64,000 nt of DNA from Blastocatellia bacterium (GTDB lineage: Bacteria; Acidobacteriota; Blastocatellia; UBA7656), in the NCBI GenBank assembly GCA_963765495.1, contig CAVXWP010000002.1, forward strand, positions 128,001 to 192,000, given 5' to 3'. Made by a program: the position numbers and the translations under genes. The notes under the pieces are model-generated. The model was not told the DNA's origin, ran no database searches, and saw only the letters and a program-made list of their open reading frames with translations. This document shows positions 27,740 to 37,629 of the stretch, piece by piece. How positions within the stretch are numbered: the first letter of the stretch is position 1; every line of letters starts with the position of its first letter.

Positions 27740-28624
27740 TTGCGATATTTATTACTGATTGCTTTTTTACTGGCACTTCCGGCGTGCCGCGATTCAACAC
27801 CACTCACAGAAGAGGCTCCGGTCAAACAACCCGAAGCCGCTGCCGGTACCGAATCCTCCGATGCTCAACCGAAGGGATTTTACGACCTGTTTGTAAAACA
27901 GGATTCTTTGTCCTATGAAGGATATGAAATCAGTAAACTCAATAAGCGCATAATAGATAAGGAGATTGAAGAAGAGCCTGTCGCAGTCTCTTATCTTGTG
28001 ATAAAGCGCGACGGAAAAGTAGTCGATAAAATTGAAGGACCGCATTATGGTCTGGATTATTCGACCGATTTCGGGTTGTTCTCTTTTCTTGGAGGCGATG
28101 AAAAACAACTGGCCGTTTCACAGACGATTCCGCGAGCCGGCCGACACGCAATCATTCAATTTTCCCCTGATTACCGGGTGATCTTTGATAGCTACGATTA
28201 CGAAGTAGGCCGGGAAGAGGTCTATGTCAAGGATATTGACGGCGACGGAGTCTATGAAATCTCTCTGGCGGTTGTGTCCTTTTACGAAGTCTTCCCTGGT
28301 CTGCCAGTGGCAGGAACCCCGCTTCCAATGGTCACATTCAAATACGATCCGCAGGAAGGCAAATACCTCCCGGCGAATCATCTGTTCCAGGCCCACGAAT
28401 TGAAAGAGATTGACCGCAGCCAAATAAACCCGAATACCATTCCACTGGCAGGCATGCTCGATCTTGTTCTCGATTACATCTATGCCGGGCGAGAGGATGA
28501 GGCGTGGGCGTTTTTTGACAGAGAGTACAAATCACCCGATAAGGCCGAGGTCAAGGCAAAGGTCGAGGCTGTGTTGAAGAAATCTCCGGCGTATAAGTAC
28601 ATCCGCGATCACAGCAAATCCTGA
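27740..28624 (+). CDS. Putative lipoprotein
   Basis: Signal with lipobox-like LPAC; DIDGDG Ca-binding-like loop. Confidence 0.7.
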   Translation: MRYLLLIAFLLALPACRDSTPLTEEAPVKQPEAAAGTESSDAQPKGFYDLFVKQDSLSYEGYEISKLNKRIIDKEIEEEPVAVSYLVIKRDGKVVDKIEGPHYGLDYSTDFGLFSFLGGDEKQLAVSQTIPRAGRHAIIQFSPDYRVIFDSYDYEVGREEVYVKDIDGDGVYEISLAVVSFYEVFPGLPVAGTPLPMVTFKYDPQEGKYLPANHLFQAHELKEIDRSQINPNTIPLAGMLDLVLDYIYAGREDEAWAFFDREYKSPDKAEVKAKVEAVLKKSPAYKYIRDHSKS

Positions 28625-28669
28625 CAGACGCCAGAGAGCTAATCCGTTCGCTCCATCTGTGTACATCAC

Positions 28670-29668
28670 TCATTTTCGGTCTGCCAGCGCGGCCCGCGCC
28701 TCAGCCATCTGTATGGCTGCTTCGAGCGACGTATAAGCAAAGACGGGCGCGTAGGCCTGCTTCTGAGGTTTCTGGCCTACGACAGCGCTTGCACTCCAGT
28801 GATACTCTTTCCCCGAAAGACTCAACCTGAATTCGATTTCGCCGCGCTCAATATCAAAAGGTTTTATGCGATAGACGATGGGCATCCAGGATGAGGTTTC
28901 TATAGTCTTCAGCCTCGCATCTTTTGACAGGTTTGCTTCCGCCCAGATCACAAAGCAATTGATGTTTGAAACATCATCCAGTTTCCAACTTGCGGTCATA
29001 TCGGTCAGAGCGGGGAGAGATTTCGCGCTGGCAAGATCAACACTTATCAACTCGACGGGATCGGAAAGAATCTTCAATCTCCTTTTATCCTCAAGGCGCA
29101 CAGGGATATTTAAAGCAAGCGCCGCCAGATAGCGTGATTCCACGGGAAGCCCCGAAGGCATTCGATTGCGCGGACCCTTGAGGTGCGCGGCCGATGTGAC
29201 TACAGAGATGGTTCCCGGTATCAAGACCCCTCCTCGTTTCAGGAATCGTTTCCTCGCATCAAGCATGATCGGGATGAGGTCTTCATCAAACCCTTCGTTG
29301 CCGATTGTCTCGCTGACGATGATATCGTATTTGCCTTCAAGATTGATCTCACGCGAATCCCCTTCGACGATTTCAATCCGATCAGCCACCCGATTTTCGC
29401 GCGCGAGGTTCTGGATGATGGGGATAAGCAATCTGTCTTTTTCGATTGCAGTTACGCGCTTCGCGCCAAGCTTTGCAGCGATGATGCTCCATATCCCCGT
29501 CCCTGTGCCGATGTCGAGTACACTTGTGTCGCTGGTGACATAGGCTTTGAGCGCGGCATAAAAGGCCCGATTTCTGGCCTCATCGCACAGCAACCCTTCG
29601 TGATACCTCAGCATGTTCTGCATATGGTTGAAGCGGCCTGTAATCTCTCTGTCATCCCTTTTCGTCAT
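28670..29668 (-). CDS. PRMT-like class I SAM-dependent methyltransferase
   Basis: H..LL.D..RN.AF, VLDIGTGTG, double-E-loop-like DIIVSETIGNEGFDE, RFLK.GG.LIP, and a C-terminal beta-rich region with SSW at the THW-loop position. Confidence 0.8.
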   Translation of the reverse strand: MTKRDDREITGRFNHMQNMLRYHEGLLCDEARNRAFYAALKAYVTSDTSVLDIGTGTGIWSIIAAKLGAKRVTAIEKDRLLIPIIQNLARENRVADRIEIVEGDSREINLEGKYDIIVSETIGNEGFDEDLIPIMLDARKRFLKRGGVLIPGTISVVTSAAHLKGPRNRMPSGLPVESRYLAALALNIPVRLEDKRRLKILSDPVELISVDLASAKSLPALTDMTASWKLDDVSNINCFVIWAEANLSKDARLKTIETSSWMPIVYRIKPFDIERGEIEFRLSLSGKEYHWSASAVVGQKPQKQAYAPVFAYTSLEAAIQMAEARAALADRK

Positions 29669-29835
29669 CGGTTTCCTCGTTTATTAAGCAAGTGATAATG
29701 TTTAGCTGCGTTTATCGTCGCGTGGTGACGGGCACGCATTATACCGGCAGGCTGCCGATATAGACAAACTTTCATTCAGGCGCAGCGTTGAATAGAATCG
29801 GTTAGCCGAAAACGTTTGAGAGATTATTTCGTCTT

Positions 29836-30804
29836 ATGATTGCCACAGACACATTGCGCGTACTCATATTCCTCGGCGTCATCGCCATGATTTATGTAAT
29901 GGCCGCCGGGATTCTCTTCAGGATGCTGCTCCATAAATACAATCAGATGTCTATGCCGTCAAGTCCCGGGCATAAATGGTTTCGGCGAGCGATTCTAAGC
30001 CTGGCTCTTGGCGGATTTTTCTGTCTTGGTTATGGTTATTTTATTGAGCCTTACTGGCCGGAGGTAACTCATGTGCAGATCAAATCTCAGAAACTCTCTC
30101 CTTCCTCGCAGAGAGTCCGAATAGCCCACATATCGGATTTGCATAGTGATCCGAAGGTACGACTCGAAGAGCGACTACCGGCCATTATTGCCGACGAAAA
30201 GCCCGACCTGATTGTCTTTACAGGCGACACGATAAACTCTCCCGGCGGGCTGGGCACATTTAAGAATTGCCTCACGAAGCTCTCAGGCATCGCTCCGACA
30301 TTTGTGGTAAAGGGCAACTGGGATTCGGGGTTCTGGCGAAGGCTTGATCTGTTCGGGGATACCGGCGCGCAGGAACTGAATGGAACGGCGACGCCTGTGA
30401 CAGTGGGAAATACTACTTTGCGGATCGCGGGAGTTGCGTTCGGGTCCGAGGAAAGAATGACGGAGGCCCTGAGTGAGGCTCCCGATGATGCGTTCACGGT
30501 TTTTCTTTATCACTCGCCGGACCTGATCACGGAAGTGGCCAGAGAGGGGGTTGATCTTTATCTGGCCGGGCATACACACGGCGGGCAGATAGCACTGCCT
30601 TTTTATGGCGCGCTCATAACGCTTTCGAAATTTGACAAGCAGTATGAAGCGGGGCTTTATCGAGTCGGCGAAACCTGGCTCTATGTGAATCGGGGCATTG
30701 GAATGGAGGGCGGCAATGCCCCGCGTGTGAGATTCTGCGCTCGCCCGGAAATAACCGTTTATGACATCATCCCTGATTCCGCATCCTTCGATGGTCAGGA
30801 ATGA
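29836..30804 (+). CDS. Membrane-anchored metallophosphoesterase (YkuE-like)
   Basis: SDLH, TGD, GNWD, HSPD, GHTHGGQ, YVNRGIG. Confidence 0.92.
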   Translation: MIATDTLRVLIFLGVIAMIYVMAAGILFRMLLHKYNQMSMPSSPGHKWFRRAILSLALGGFFCLGYGYFIEPYWPEVTHVQIKSQKLSPSSQRVRIAHISDLHSDPKVRLEERLPAIIADEKPDLIVFTGDTINSPGGLGTFKNCLTKLSGIAPTFVVKGNWDSGFWRRLDLFGDTGAQELNGTATPVTVGNTTLRIAGVAFGSEERMTEALSEAPDDAFTVFLYHSPDLITEVAREGVDLYLAGHTHGGQIALPFYGALITLSKFDKQYEAGLYRVGETWLYVNRGIGMEGGNAPRVRFCARPEITVYDIIPDSASFDGQE

Positions 30805-30856
30805 TCGAGGCTAAATCACGCATCACGTGAACGCATCATCACAGGTCTATTTGATT

Positions 30857-31258
30857 ATGACTAAGCGGCAAAGCAATAAGGAAAATCCGGTTACTCTTCA
30901 AACGGTGCGAGAGATGGCGCTTGCGTTTCCCGGTGTGGAAGAGGCTACGTCAGGCGGCAAACCCGTATTTCGCGTCAGGGGAAAGCTGATGGCTCGAATG
31001 CGCAAGGATGGCGACTCGCTTCTTATCAAAATAGATCTCTTCAAACGCGAAATCCTGATAAATGCGGAGCCACAGACTTTCTACATAACGGATTTTTATA
31101 GTTGTCATCCGATAGTCTATGTTCGGCTCGCGTCGGTTCAAAGCGACACATTGCGAGACCTCATCGAGCAGGCGTGGCGGATTACGGCTCCCAAGCGGCT
31201 CGTGGAGGCATATGATGCCGAGAGGCTGACGACCGATACGCCTGATCTGAATGGATGA
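30857..31258 (+). CDS. MmcQ/YjbR family protein
   Basis: ALAFPGVEE..PVFRVRGK..P.TFYIT..LIEQAWR..APKRL. Confidence 0.85.
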   Translation: MTKRQSNKENPVTLQTVREMALAFPGVEEATSGGKPVFRVRGKLMARMRKDGDSLLIKIDLFKREILINAEPQTFYITDFYSCHPIVYVRLASVQSDTLRDLIEQAWRITAPKRLVEAYDAERLTTDTPDLNG

Positions 31259-31299
31259 TGAAAGGGTGGGAACGGCCTCCGCTTCGGTTGTCGGAAATT

Positions 31300-32385
31300 C
31301 TATTCGACGGGCTCCTGTTGTGTAAGACAATGCAGGGTGCCCAGCCCCCAGACAAGATCGACCGCGTGTATGCCTACGACCTGTCGATCCGCAAACAGAT
31401 CGCTCAATGTGGCGAGCGCGATACGGTCGTTCGGGTCGTTGAAGGTAGGCACTAATACAATATTATTTGCTATATAAAAATTGGCGTAGCTTGCCGGGAG
31501 TCGCTGGCCCGCGAAATAAAGCGGGGCAGGCATGGGAAGGCGGACCACTTCGATTTTAGAACCATCTTCCAGTCGAAACCCTTCCAGCCGCTCTCGGTTC
31601 TCTTCCAGTATGGCGTAGTTCTCATCCTCTGGATTTGATTCGCGGCACAGGACCACTGTCGAAGGGTTTACGAAGCGACACAGATCATCAATGTGCCCGT
31701 GCGTGTCGTCACCTGCGATGCCTTTAGCCAGCCACAACACGTTAGAGGCCCCGAGATAATCGCGCATTATGGCCTCGGTCTCTTCCCGCCCCATGTCGGG
31801 ATTTCTAACCTGCACCTCGCGGTCCAGCAGGCATTCTTCCGTAGTCAGCAAGCTGCCGCGCCCGTTTACATCGATGCTTCCGCCTTCAAGAACTACTCTT
31901 TTGCCGTTGAATGTGACTGGGAAAATGGGGCGGTTCATCGCCTCCGCCACACGCTCCGGTACTTGAGAGTCAAGTTCCCAGTCGGGATACTTCGCCCATG
32001 CATTGAAATGAAATCTGGCGATAGCGAGTGTCGGTTGAGGCTCGTCGCGCCGGATGAATATGGGGCCGAAATCACGCGTCCAGCCGCGATTCGTAGGAGA
32101 ATAAAAAAAATCTATCTTCTCGAAATCCACTCCCGTCCGAACCAATACCCTGCGCGCCTGAACTTCGTGCGCTTCGGAGTTCACAAGGATACGAACTCTC
32201 TCATTGGGCGCGAGCTTTCTGGTGATCTCTCCATAGGCCCAGTGAACGGGGGCGATCTTTCCGGGCCAGTCATTTCTGTTATGCGGCCAGCCCAGCCAGG
32301 TAGCGGCGTGCGGTTCCCATTCGGCGGGCATTTTAAAGCCATCTGTCGCCGGAGAGTTTTGTGGAGCGCTTTTATCTATGCTCAT
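31300..32385 (-). CDS. aguA: Agmatine deiminase
   Basis: MPAEWEPH, WTRDFGP, EGGSIDVNG, DDTHGHID, ASYANF, GTLHCLTQQEP. Confidence 0.95.
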   Translation of the reverse strand: MSIDKSAPQNSPATDGFKMPAEWEPHAATWLGWPHNRNDWPGKIAPVHWAYGEITRKLAPNERVRILVNSEAHEVQARRVLVRTGVDFEKIDFFYSPTNRGWTRDFGPIFIRRDEPQPTLAIARFHFNAWAKYPDWELDSQVPERVAEAMNRPIFPVTFNGKRVVLEGGSIDVNGRGSLLTTEECLLDREVQVRNPDMGREETEAIMRDYLGASNVLWLAKGIAGDDTHGHIDDLCRFVNPSTVVLCRESNPEDENYAILEENRERLEGFRLEDGSKIEVVRLPMPAPLYFAGQRLPASYANFYIANNIVLVPTFNDPNDRIALATLSDLFADRQVVGIHAVDLVWGLGTLHCLTQQEPVE

Positions 32386-33278
32386 TCTTCGTCAATGAAT
32401 CGTTTCTCTATTCCCGTGTAAGAATCAATGCGCCGGTCGCGCAGGAAAGGCCAGTTGCGTCTCACCTCTTCTATGCGAGCCGGATCGACTTCGCCTATCA
32501 AAATCTCTTCTTTATCGCCGCTCGCCTCGGCTATTACAATGCCGAAAGGGTCCGAGAGAAATGTCGAGCCCCAGAACTCAAGACCGGGACCGCCCTCGGA
32601 GGGCGTTTCGTGGCCTACGCGATTGACCGCCGCTACGTACACGCCGTTTGCAATCGCGTGGCCGCGCTGAATCGTGCGCCAGGCGTCCTGCTGCGCATTG
32701 CCGTGACTCTCTTTTTCGTGAGGGTGCCAGCCGATGGCGGTCGGATAAAAGAGAATGCCTGCGCCGCGAAGCGCCGTAAGCCGCGCGCCCTCGGGATACC
32801 ATTGATCCCAACAGATCAGGGTCCCGATTCGGCCTACGGGTGTGTTGAATGCCCGAAAGCCGAGATCGCCCGGCGTGAAGTAGAATTTTTCGTAGAAGGC
32901 CGGGTCATCCGGGATGTGCATCTTTCTGTAGGTGCCCGCGATACGGCCGTCCGTGTCAAGCACGGCCACGCTGTTGTGATAGAGACCGGCGGCGCGACGC
33001 TCGAACAGGGGGGCTACGACTGTCACTTTGCGGTCACGGGCAACCTTTCCCAGAACGTCGGTAGACGGGCCGGGTATCGGTTCGGCCAGGTTGAAAAGGT
33101 CTATGTCTTCGCGCTGGCAAAAATACTGCGACCTGAAAAGTTCCGGCAAGCAGATTACCTGAGCGCCTTTTCGGGCCGCCTCTTCAACAAACCCGGCGGC
33201 TCGATCAAGGTTCTCATCAGGTTCAGTGGTCATCGCCATCTGAACCAGACCTACGGCGAATTTATCCTGAATTTGCAT
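32382..33278 (-). CDS. aguB: N-carbamoylputrescine amidase-like carbon-nitrogen hydrolase
   Basis: LPELF, YRKMHIPDDP.FYEKFYF, ICWDQWYPE (E-K-C triad); overlaps aguA. Confidence 0.9.
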   Translation of the reverse strand: MQIQDKFAVGLVQMAMTTEPDENLDRAAGFVEEAARKGAQVICLPELFRSQYFCQREDIDLFNLAEPIPGPSTDVLGKVARDRKVTVVAPLFERRAAGLYHNSVAVLDTDGRIAGTYRKMHIPDDPAFYEKFYFTPGDLGFRAFNTPVGRIGTLICWDQWYPEGARLTALRGAGILFYPTAIGWHPHEKESHGNAQQDAWRTIQRGHAIANGVYVAAVNRVGHETPSEGGPGLEFWGSTFLSDPFGIVIAEASGDKEEILIGEVDPARIEEVRRNWPFLRDRRIDSYTGIEKRFIDEE

Positions 33279-33323
33279 ATAAATTAGAGTACACAAAGAT
33301 TCGCTTCTATCCAAGTTGCTGGA

Positions 33324-33404
33324 AAGAGATCAAAGTGGCCACAGAGGCACAGAGAGGGATTCTTAAAAATCTCTGTGTCTTTGTGTCTCTGTGGCAAATC
33401 TCTT
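33324..33404. repeat. Palindromic intergenic element (GCCACAGAG...CTCTGTGGC family)
   Basis: GCCACAGAGGCACAGAG and CTTTGTGTCTCTGTGGC arms, with outer AAGAGAT/ATCTCTT. Confidence 0.8.
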
Positions 33405-33473
33405 AGCTTTCGGAACGGGTACAGTTACACATTTCAGTGTCGGGCGGCGACTGTTGCCACGGAACTATTTTCT

Positions 33474-34727
33474 TCATTTCAGAATGATTTCTGTGTCGGG
33501 ATTGTATGTCTTCCAATCGAACCAGTAGTCTTTTAGGATAGGAACCTTTTTCAATTCCCTGCCCGCAAAGGGGCCGCTCACGGCCTTGCCCGTGAATTCC
33601 CATTCGCTGCCGCTCTCTGAATCCACAAACCTCAGAGGCGCGGCCCCCGGCTTAATAAACAATTCCAATTCGCGCCCGTCCACCCTTCTTTCGAATGCGC
33701 GAACCGATTTTTTATCTTCTCCGAGGATTAACACTATAGGAACATCGCCTACACTACTGAGGACAGGCGATTGTTTTTCTATAAAGGAGAGCGCGTATGC
33801 CCTGGCGACATTATCGAGTTTCACCCCGATTATCACAGTCCGGGGGGGTATCTCGGCATCTGTATCCGACCCGGTAAAGACGGGGTAACGGGCCGTTTTC
33901 TCTTCCCAGTTGTCAGAAAATCGCTTCCAATCGGTGCTGTTATCGGGCAGTAAGACTCGACCGTCCGGGTGCTCTTTTTTCCACAGATCGAAGGAGGTTT
34001 CGTCATAAGAAACAGGCTCAAGCTGCCGCCCCTTGAGCGGACCAAAGATCGCCTGACCGGTGACCTGCTGCCACCACGAACCGCTTTCTTCATCTCGCAT
34101 AATGAAATTCTGATTGTTGATTCCCGCGAGATGAAAACTATGTTTGCTGCCGTCAACTGACGCGCTCCACACCAGACCGGTGTGACAGAGCGTTCAATAG
34201 GTAACGACTACCGGCGTCCCGCCTACCACGTCCTGAACAACGTGGTGATAGGCGATCTGGCGAATCGGATAGGCTGCCGCTTCTCCGTTCAATACGACCG
34301 ATAGAACCATATCCGTGTCTGAGACAAAATCGGCTTCACCCGGTCTGACGAAATTGCTGTTTGCAAGAGGCGAGAACATCCATTCGAAATGATTCTGCCG
34401 CGCAAACCACGCGGCAACGACTAGCGGGATGAGCGGCAGAATAAGCGCCGCTTTGCGCCACCATTTGCGAGTCCCGCTCCACATCCTGATGATGATAAAG
34501 ATAGACGCCGCAAGTGCAATCACGGTGATAATCGGCGACCAGGCGCGGAGGATGTATGAGAGACGCAACCCCTCTTGAGTCTGGACCGCGAAAGGGCGAA
34601 TCAGCCAGACTGGTATCGCGACTATCGCGAGTGATGCCACGGCAATGAGCGGCAGGAGCGCCCATCCAATCAAGCGCCGTCTGGAACGAGATTCGGATAA
34701 AGTGGCCTGCGTTTGTTGTGCTTGCAT
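33474..34727 (-). CDS. DUF3179-family selenoprotein (UGA at 34196-34194 read as Sec), 417 aa, with N-terminal TM helices
   Basis: ORFs 34194..34727 and 33474..34172 are in one frame: VVVTY-TGA-TLCHTG, matching the family's TYCxxC. DUF3179 motifs (AYP..HHVVQD, MRDEESGSWWQQ.TG.A..GPL.G, YWFDW) lie on both sides. Confidence 0.9.
34160..34193 (-). promoter_or_regulatory. Bacterial SECIS-like hairpin
   Basis: Directly 3' of the UGA: CGCUC-UGU-CACACC-[GGUCU]-GGUGUG-GAGCG; G-initiated apical loop begins at the 16th nt after the UGA. Confidence 0.75.
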
Positions 34728-34895
34728 TGAAATCCTCTCGATCTTGAATTGTTCAGGGCAACATTATAGACGGGCGGTTTTGATTGTCCAACGAGGCCGG
34801 GCCGGATCGAGCGTGCGGAGGCGGTTCCCAACCATCCTTATGGATTTGCATAAGGATGGTTGGGAACCGCCTCCGTCGTGAATTTGAGGGGGCAA

Positions 34896-37367
34896 TCACT
34901 CCTGTTTGAGGGCGATCATCGGGTCAACTTTCGTAGCGCGCCGCGCAGGGATGTAAGAGGCCAACAGCGCCACGCCTCCAAGCACAAGGGCCAGCCCCGC
35001 ATAGGTAACGGGATCAGTCTCGGCTACTCCGAAAAGCATGCCGCGAATCAGGCGGGTCAATGCGAGCGCGCCGATCAAGCCCGCGCTCACACCGATGAGA
35101 GCCAGCTTCATTCCCTGTTGAACTACCCATCTCAGAATCGCGGTGGGGCTCGCTCCGAGGGCAAGGCGAATGCCGATCTCGCGTGTTCGCTGGCTGACCG
35201 AGTATGTCATCACACCGTAAATGCCTATGCCCGCAAGCAGGAGCGCAAGAACGCCAAACAGACCGACTATCTGCATTGCGAAACGTCTTTGACCGAGCGA
35301 AGAGGAGACGAGGTCTTCCATAGTCTGCTGATCGAAGACCGGCAGGTTCGGGTCCACGCTCTGGACCTGCTGTCGGACCGCTTCCGCAAGCGCGCTGGGG
35401 TCGGACTGGGCGCGCAGATAGATGGCCATCGAGTAGCCCGGATTTTGAAAGGCGCTCATATAGATATGCGGTTGATCGGGTTGATCAAAGCCGTCGGTTT
35501 TGATTTTCCCGACCACTCCCACGACAGGAAGAAAAGGCCCGTCCGAATTGCGCGGGCCCAGTTTCAAGCGGCGTCCTACGGGGTCTTCATCCGGCCAGTA
35601 GAGGCGAGCCATGGTCTCATCTATCAGCACGACGCGAGGCGCTCCAACCTCATCGCCCGGGGTAAAAAAGCGGCCTCGCACAAGCGGCGTGCCGAGGGCG
35701 TTAAAGTAATCGGGGCTGACCGCAGAAAGCTGCGCCCGGGGCTGGGTCGAATCCAGATCGGGCGAGCCTTCCACGATAAAAGGAACGGTGTTGTGCGGCG
35801 TTATCAGGGGAACGCCGTTGCCTGCGCCGATGGCCGCATATTTCACGCCGGGCAGCGTGCTTAAACGACTCAAGACATCTTTCATAAACGCTACGCGTTT
35901 GGGCGGAGGGCGGTAAGGGTTGAGTTCAGGGTTGTTTGGTACGGGGAGCCAGATGCGAGCCATCAGTACGTTATGCGGATCGAAGCCTCCATCCACATCC
36001 ATCAGCCGTCCAAAGCTACGAATCAACAGTCCCGCGCCGATCATAAGGATTAACGAAAGGGCTATCTCTACTATTATCAGGGCGCTGCGAAAGCGGTGAT
36101 GTCGAGAACCGAAACCAGCCCCTTGCCCGCCTTCCTTCAGGCTGGTTGTCAGGTCGGGGCGCGAAGCTTGAAGCGCCGGAATCAGTCCGAAAAACAGCCC
36201 CGTAAGAATTGAGATAAGAAGGACAAACAAGAGTACGGTGCCGTTAAAACCGACTTCGTTGATTCGCGGAATATTAGAAGGCACAAAGTCGAGAAGCAGT
36301 TTCATCAGCCAGGCTACGACAAGAAGCGCGACCGCGCCCCCAAGTAATGCAAGAATCAGGCTCTCGGTCAGGAGTTGAAGAATCAAATGGCGGCGAGAAG
36401 CGCCGAGCGCCAGCCGAATCGCCATCTCGCGCTGCCGGGCCGAGGAACGAGCCAGCAAGAGATTCGCGATGTTTACACAGCCGATCAGCAATACGAGGCC
36501 TACGGCAGAAAGCAGAACCATCAGAGTAGCCCGCACATTGCCGACAAGGTTTTCGTGTGTGGGCAGAAGGCGGACCTGCCAGCCCAGTTCAGGCGGATAC
36601 TCTTTCGGGAACTCACCTTGCAAACCGGCCACGAAGAGATTGATCTGTTCCTGAGCCTGTTTATAGCTCAAGCCGGGTTTCAATCGTCCGATGGCTCCCG
36701 GCAGGATTCGCTGCGCGCGAACGGGGGTGCCAAAAGGGTTTGCGGCAAAACCGGCGGTCGCCCACATCTCTACATCGTTGCGAAGGGTCTGTCCCGGATG
36801 ACGAAAGCCGGGCGGCATGACACCGATGATCGTATAGAGATCGTTATCCACACGCACGTTGCGTCCCAACACATTGGGGTCGGCTCCGAAGAGGCGATGC
36901 CACAATCCGTCGCTTATGACCACGCCTTCGGCAAAACCGGGGGCTCGATCTTCCGGCCCGAAGACGCGCCCCAGAGCGGCGTTTGCGCCAAGCAGCGAGA
37001 AATAATTTGGGCTTGTAGCAAGCGCCTCGATGCGTTCCGGTCGGTCAGAGCCCGTGAGATTCGCGTCAATTGGCCAGACGGCCGAAATCTCTTCGAATAT
37101 GCCCGAACGTTCCTGAAAGTCTTTTAGCTCGTCAACCGACATGCCTACGTTTTCAACCTGCCGCCCCGGCAGATCGTCGCGCACAAGGACGAGTTGTTCA
37201 GGGTTTGGGAATGGAAGCGGGCTGAGCAACACAGCGTCCACGACACTGAAGATTGCCGTGTTGGCGCCGATCCCAAGCGCCAGCGTCAATACGACAACCA
37301 GCGTGAATCCGGGCTTTTTCACAAGCATGCGTGCGCCGTAGCGCAGGTCTTGAATCAGGATTCCCAT
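34896..37367 (-). CDS. Acidobacterial duplicated orphan ABC permease (ADOP, MacB-like)
   Basis: QDLRYGARML.KKPGF..LALGIGANTAIFSVV; duplicated FtsX/MacB halves; YIPARRATKVDPMIALK. Confidence 0.96.
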   Translation of the reverse strand: MGILIQDLRYGARMLVKKPGFTLVVVLTLALGIGANTAIFSVVDAVLLSPLPFPNPEQLVLVRDDLPGRQVENVGMSVDELKDFQERSGIFEEISAVWPIDANLTGSDRPERIEALATSPNYFSLLGANAALGRVFGPEDRAPGFAEGVVISDGLWHRLFGADPNVLGRNVRVDNDLYTIIGVMPPGFRHPGQTLRNDVEMWATAGFAANPFGTPVRAQRILPGAIGRLKPGLSYKQAQEQINLFVAGLQGEFPKEYPPELGWQVRLLPTHENLVGNVRATLMVLLSAVGLVLLIGCVNIANLLLARSSARQREMAIRLALGASRRHLILQLLTESLILALLGGAVALLVVAWLMKLLLDFVPSNIPRINEVGFNGTVLLFVLLISILTGLFFGLIPALQASRPDLTTSLKEGGQGAGFGSRHHRFRSALIIVEIALSLILMIGAGLLIRSFGRLMDVDGGFDPHNVLMARIWLPVPNNPELNPYRPPPKRVAFMKDVLSRLSTLPGVKYAAIGAGNGVPLITPHNTVPFIVEGSPDLDSTQPRAQLSAVSPDYFNALGTPLVRGRFFTPGDEVGAPRVVLIDETMARLYWPDEDPVGRRLKLGPRNSDGPFLPVVGVVGKIKTDGFDQPDQPHIYMSAFQNPGYSMAIYLRAQSDPSALAEAVRQQVQSVDPNLPVFDQQTMEDLVSSSLGQRRFAMQIVGLFGVLALLLAGIGIYGVMTYSVSQRTREIGIRLALGASPTAILRWVVQQGMKLALIGVSAGLIGALALTRLIRGMLFGVAETDPVTYAGLALVLGGVALLASYIPARRATKVDPMIALKQE

Positions 37368-37629
37368 TCTTTTGCTCCAGAGCAGAGATTTTCTACAGTT
37401 GATGTCTGCACCCGTCGGCCTGCCAGACTGGTATCAAATATTGTTCCGTCGAAGCCTTATCGGTAAATGCTGATGCCTCTCAAGTTGTCGGGACATGGGA
37501 AAAGAGCGGGTGGGAAGAGGTGTCCGGTCGTGGAATGAATATTTCCCAAAAGCGAAACCGGGGTGATGGCGATCGTGATGCGTGATTTATAGCGGTTTTC
37601 GCAAAGAAAACGCAAAGGTCGCAATGTAT

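Noticed and set aside
31693-37127. Long + strand ORFs (242, 308, 334, 250 aa)
   Set aside because: Antisense shadows of aguA, aguB and the ADOP permease.
37415-37560. Sigma54 promoter upstream of the ADOP permease
   Set aside because: The TGGCAG and TGGTAT candidates lack the required GG-N10-GC spacing.
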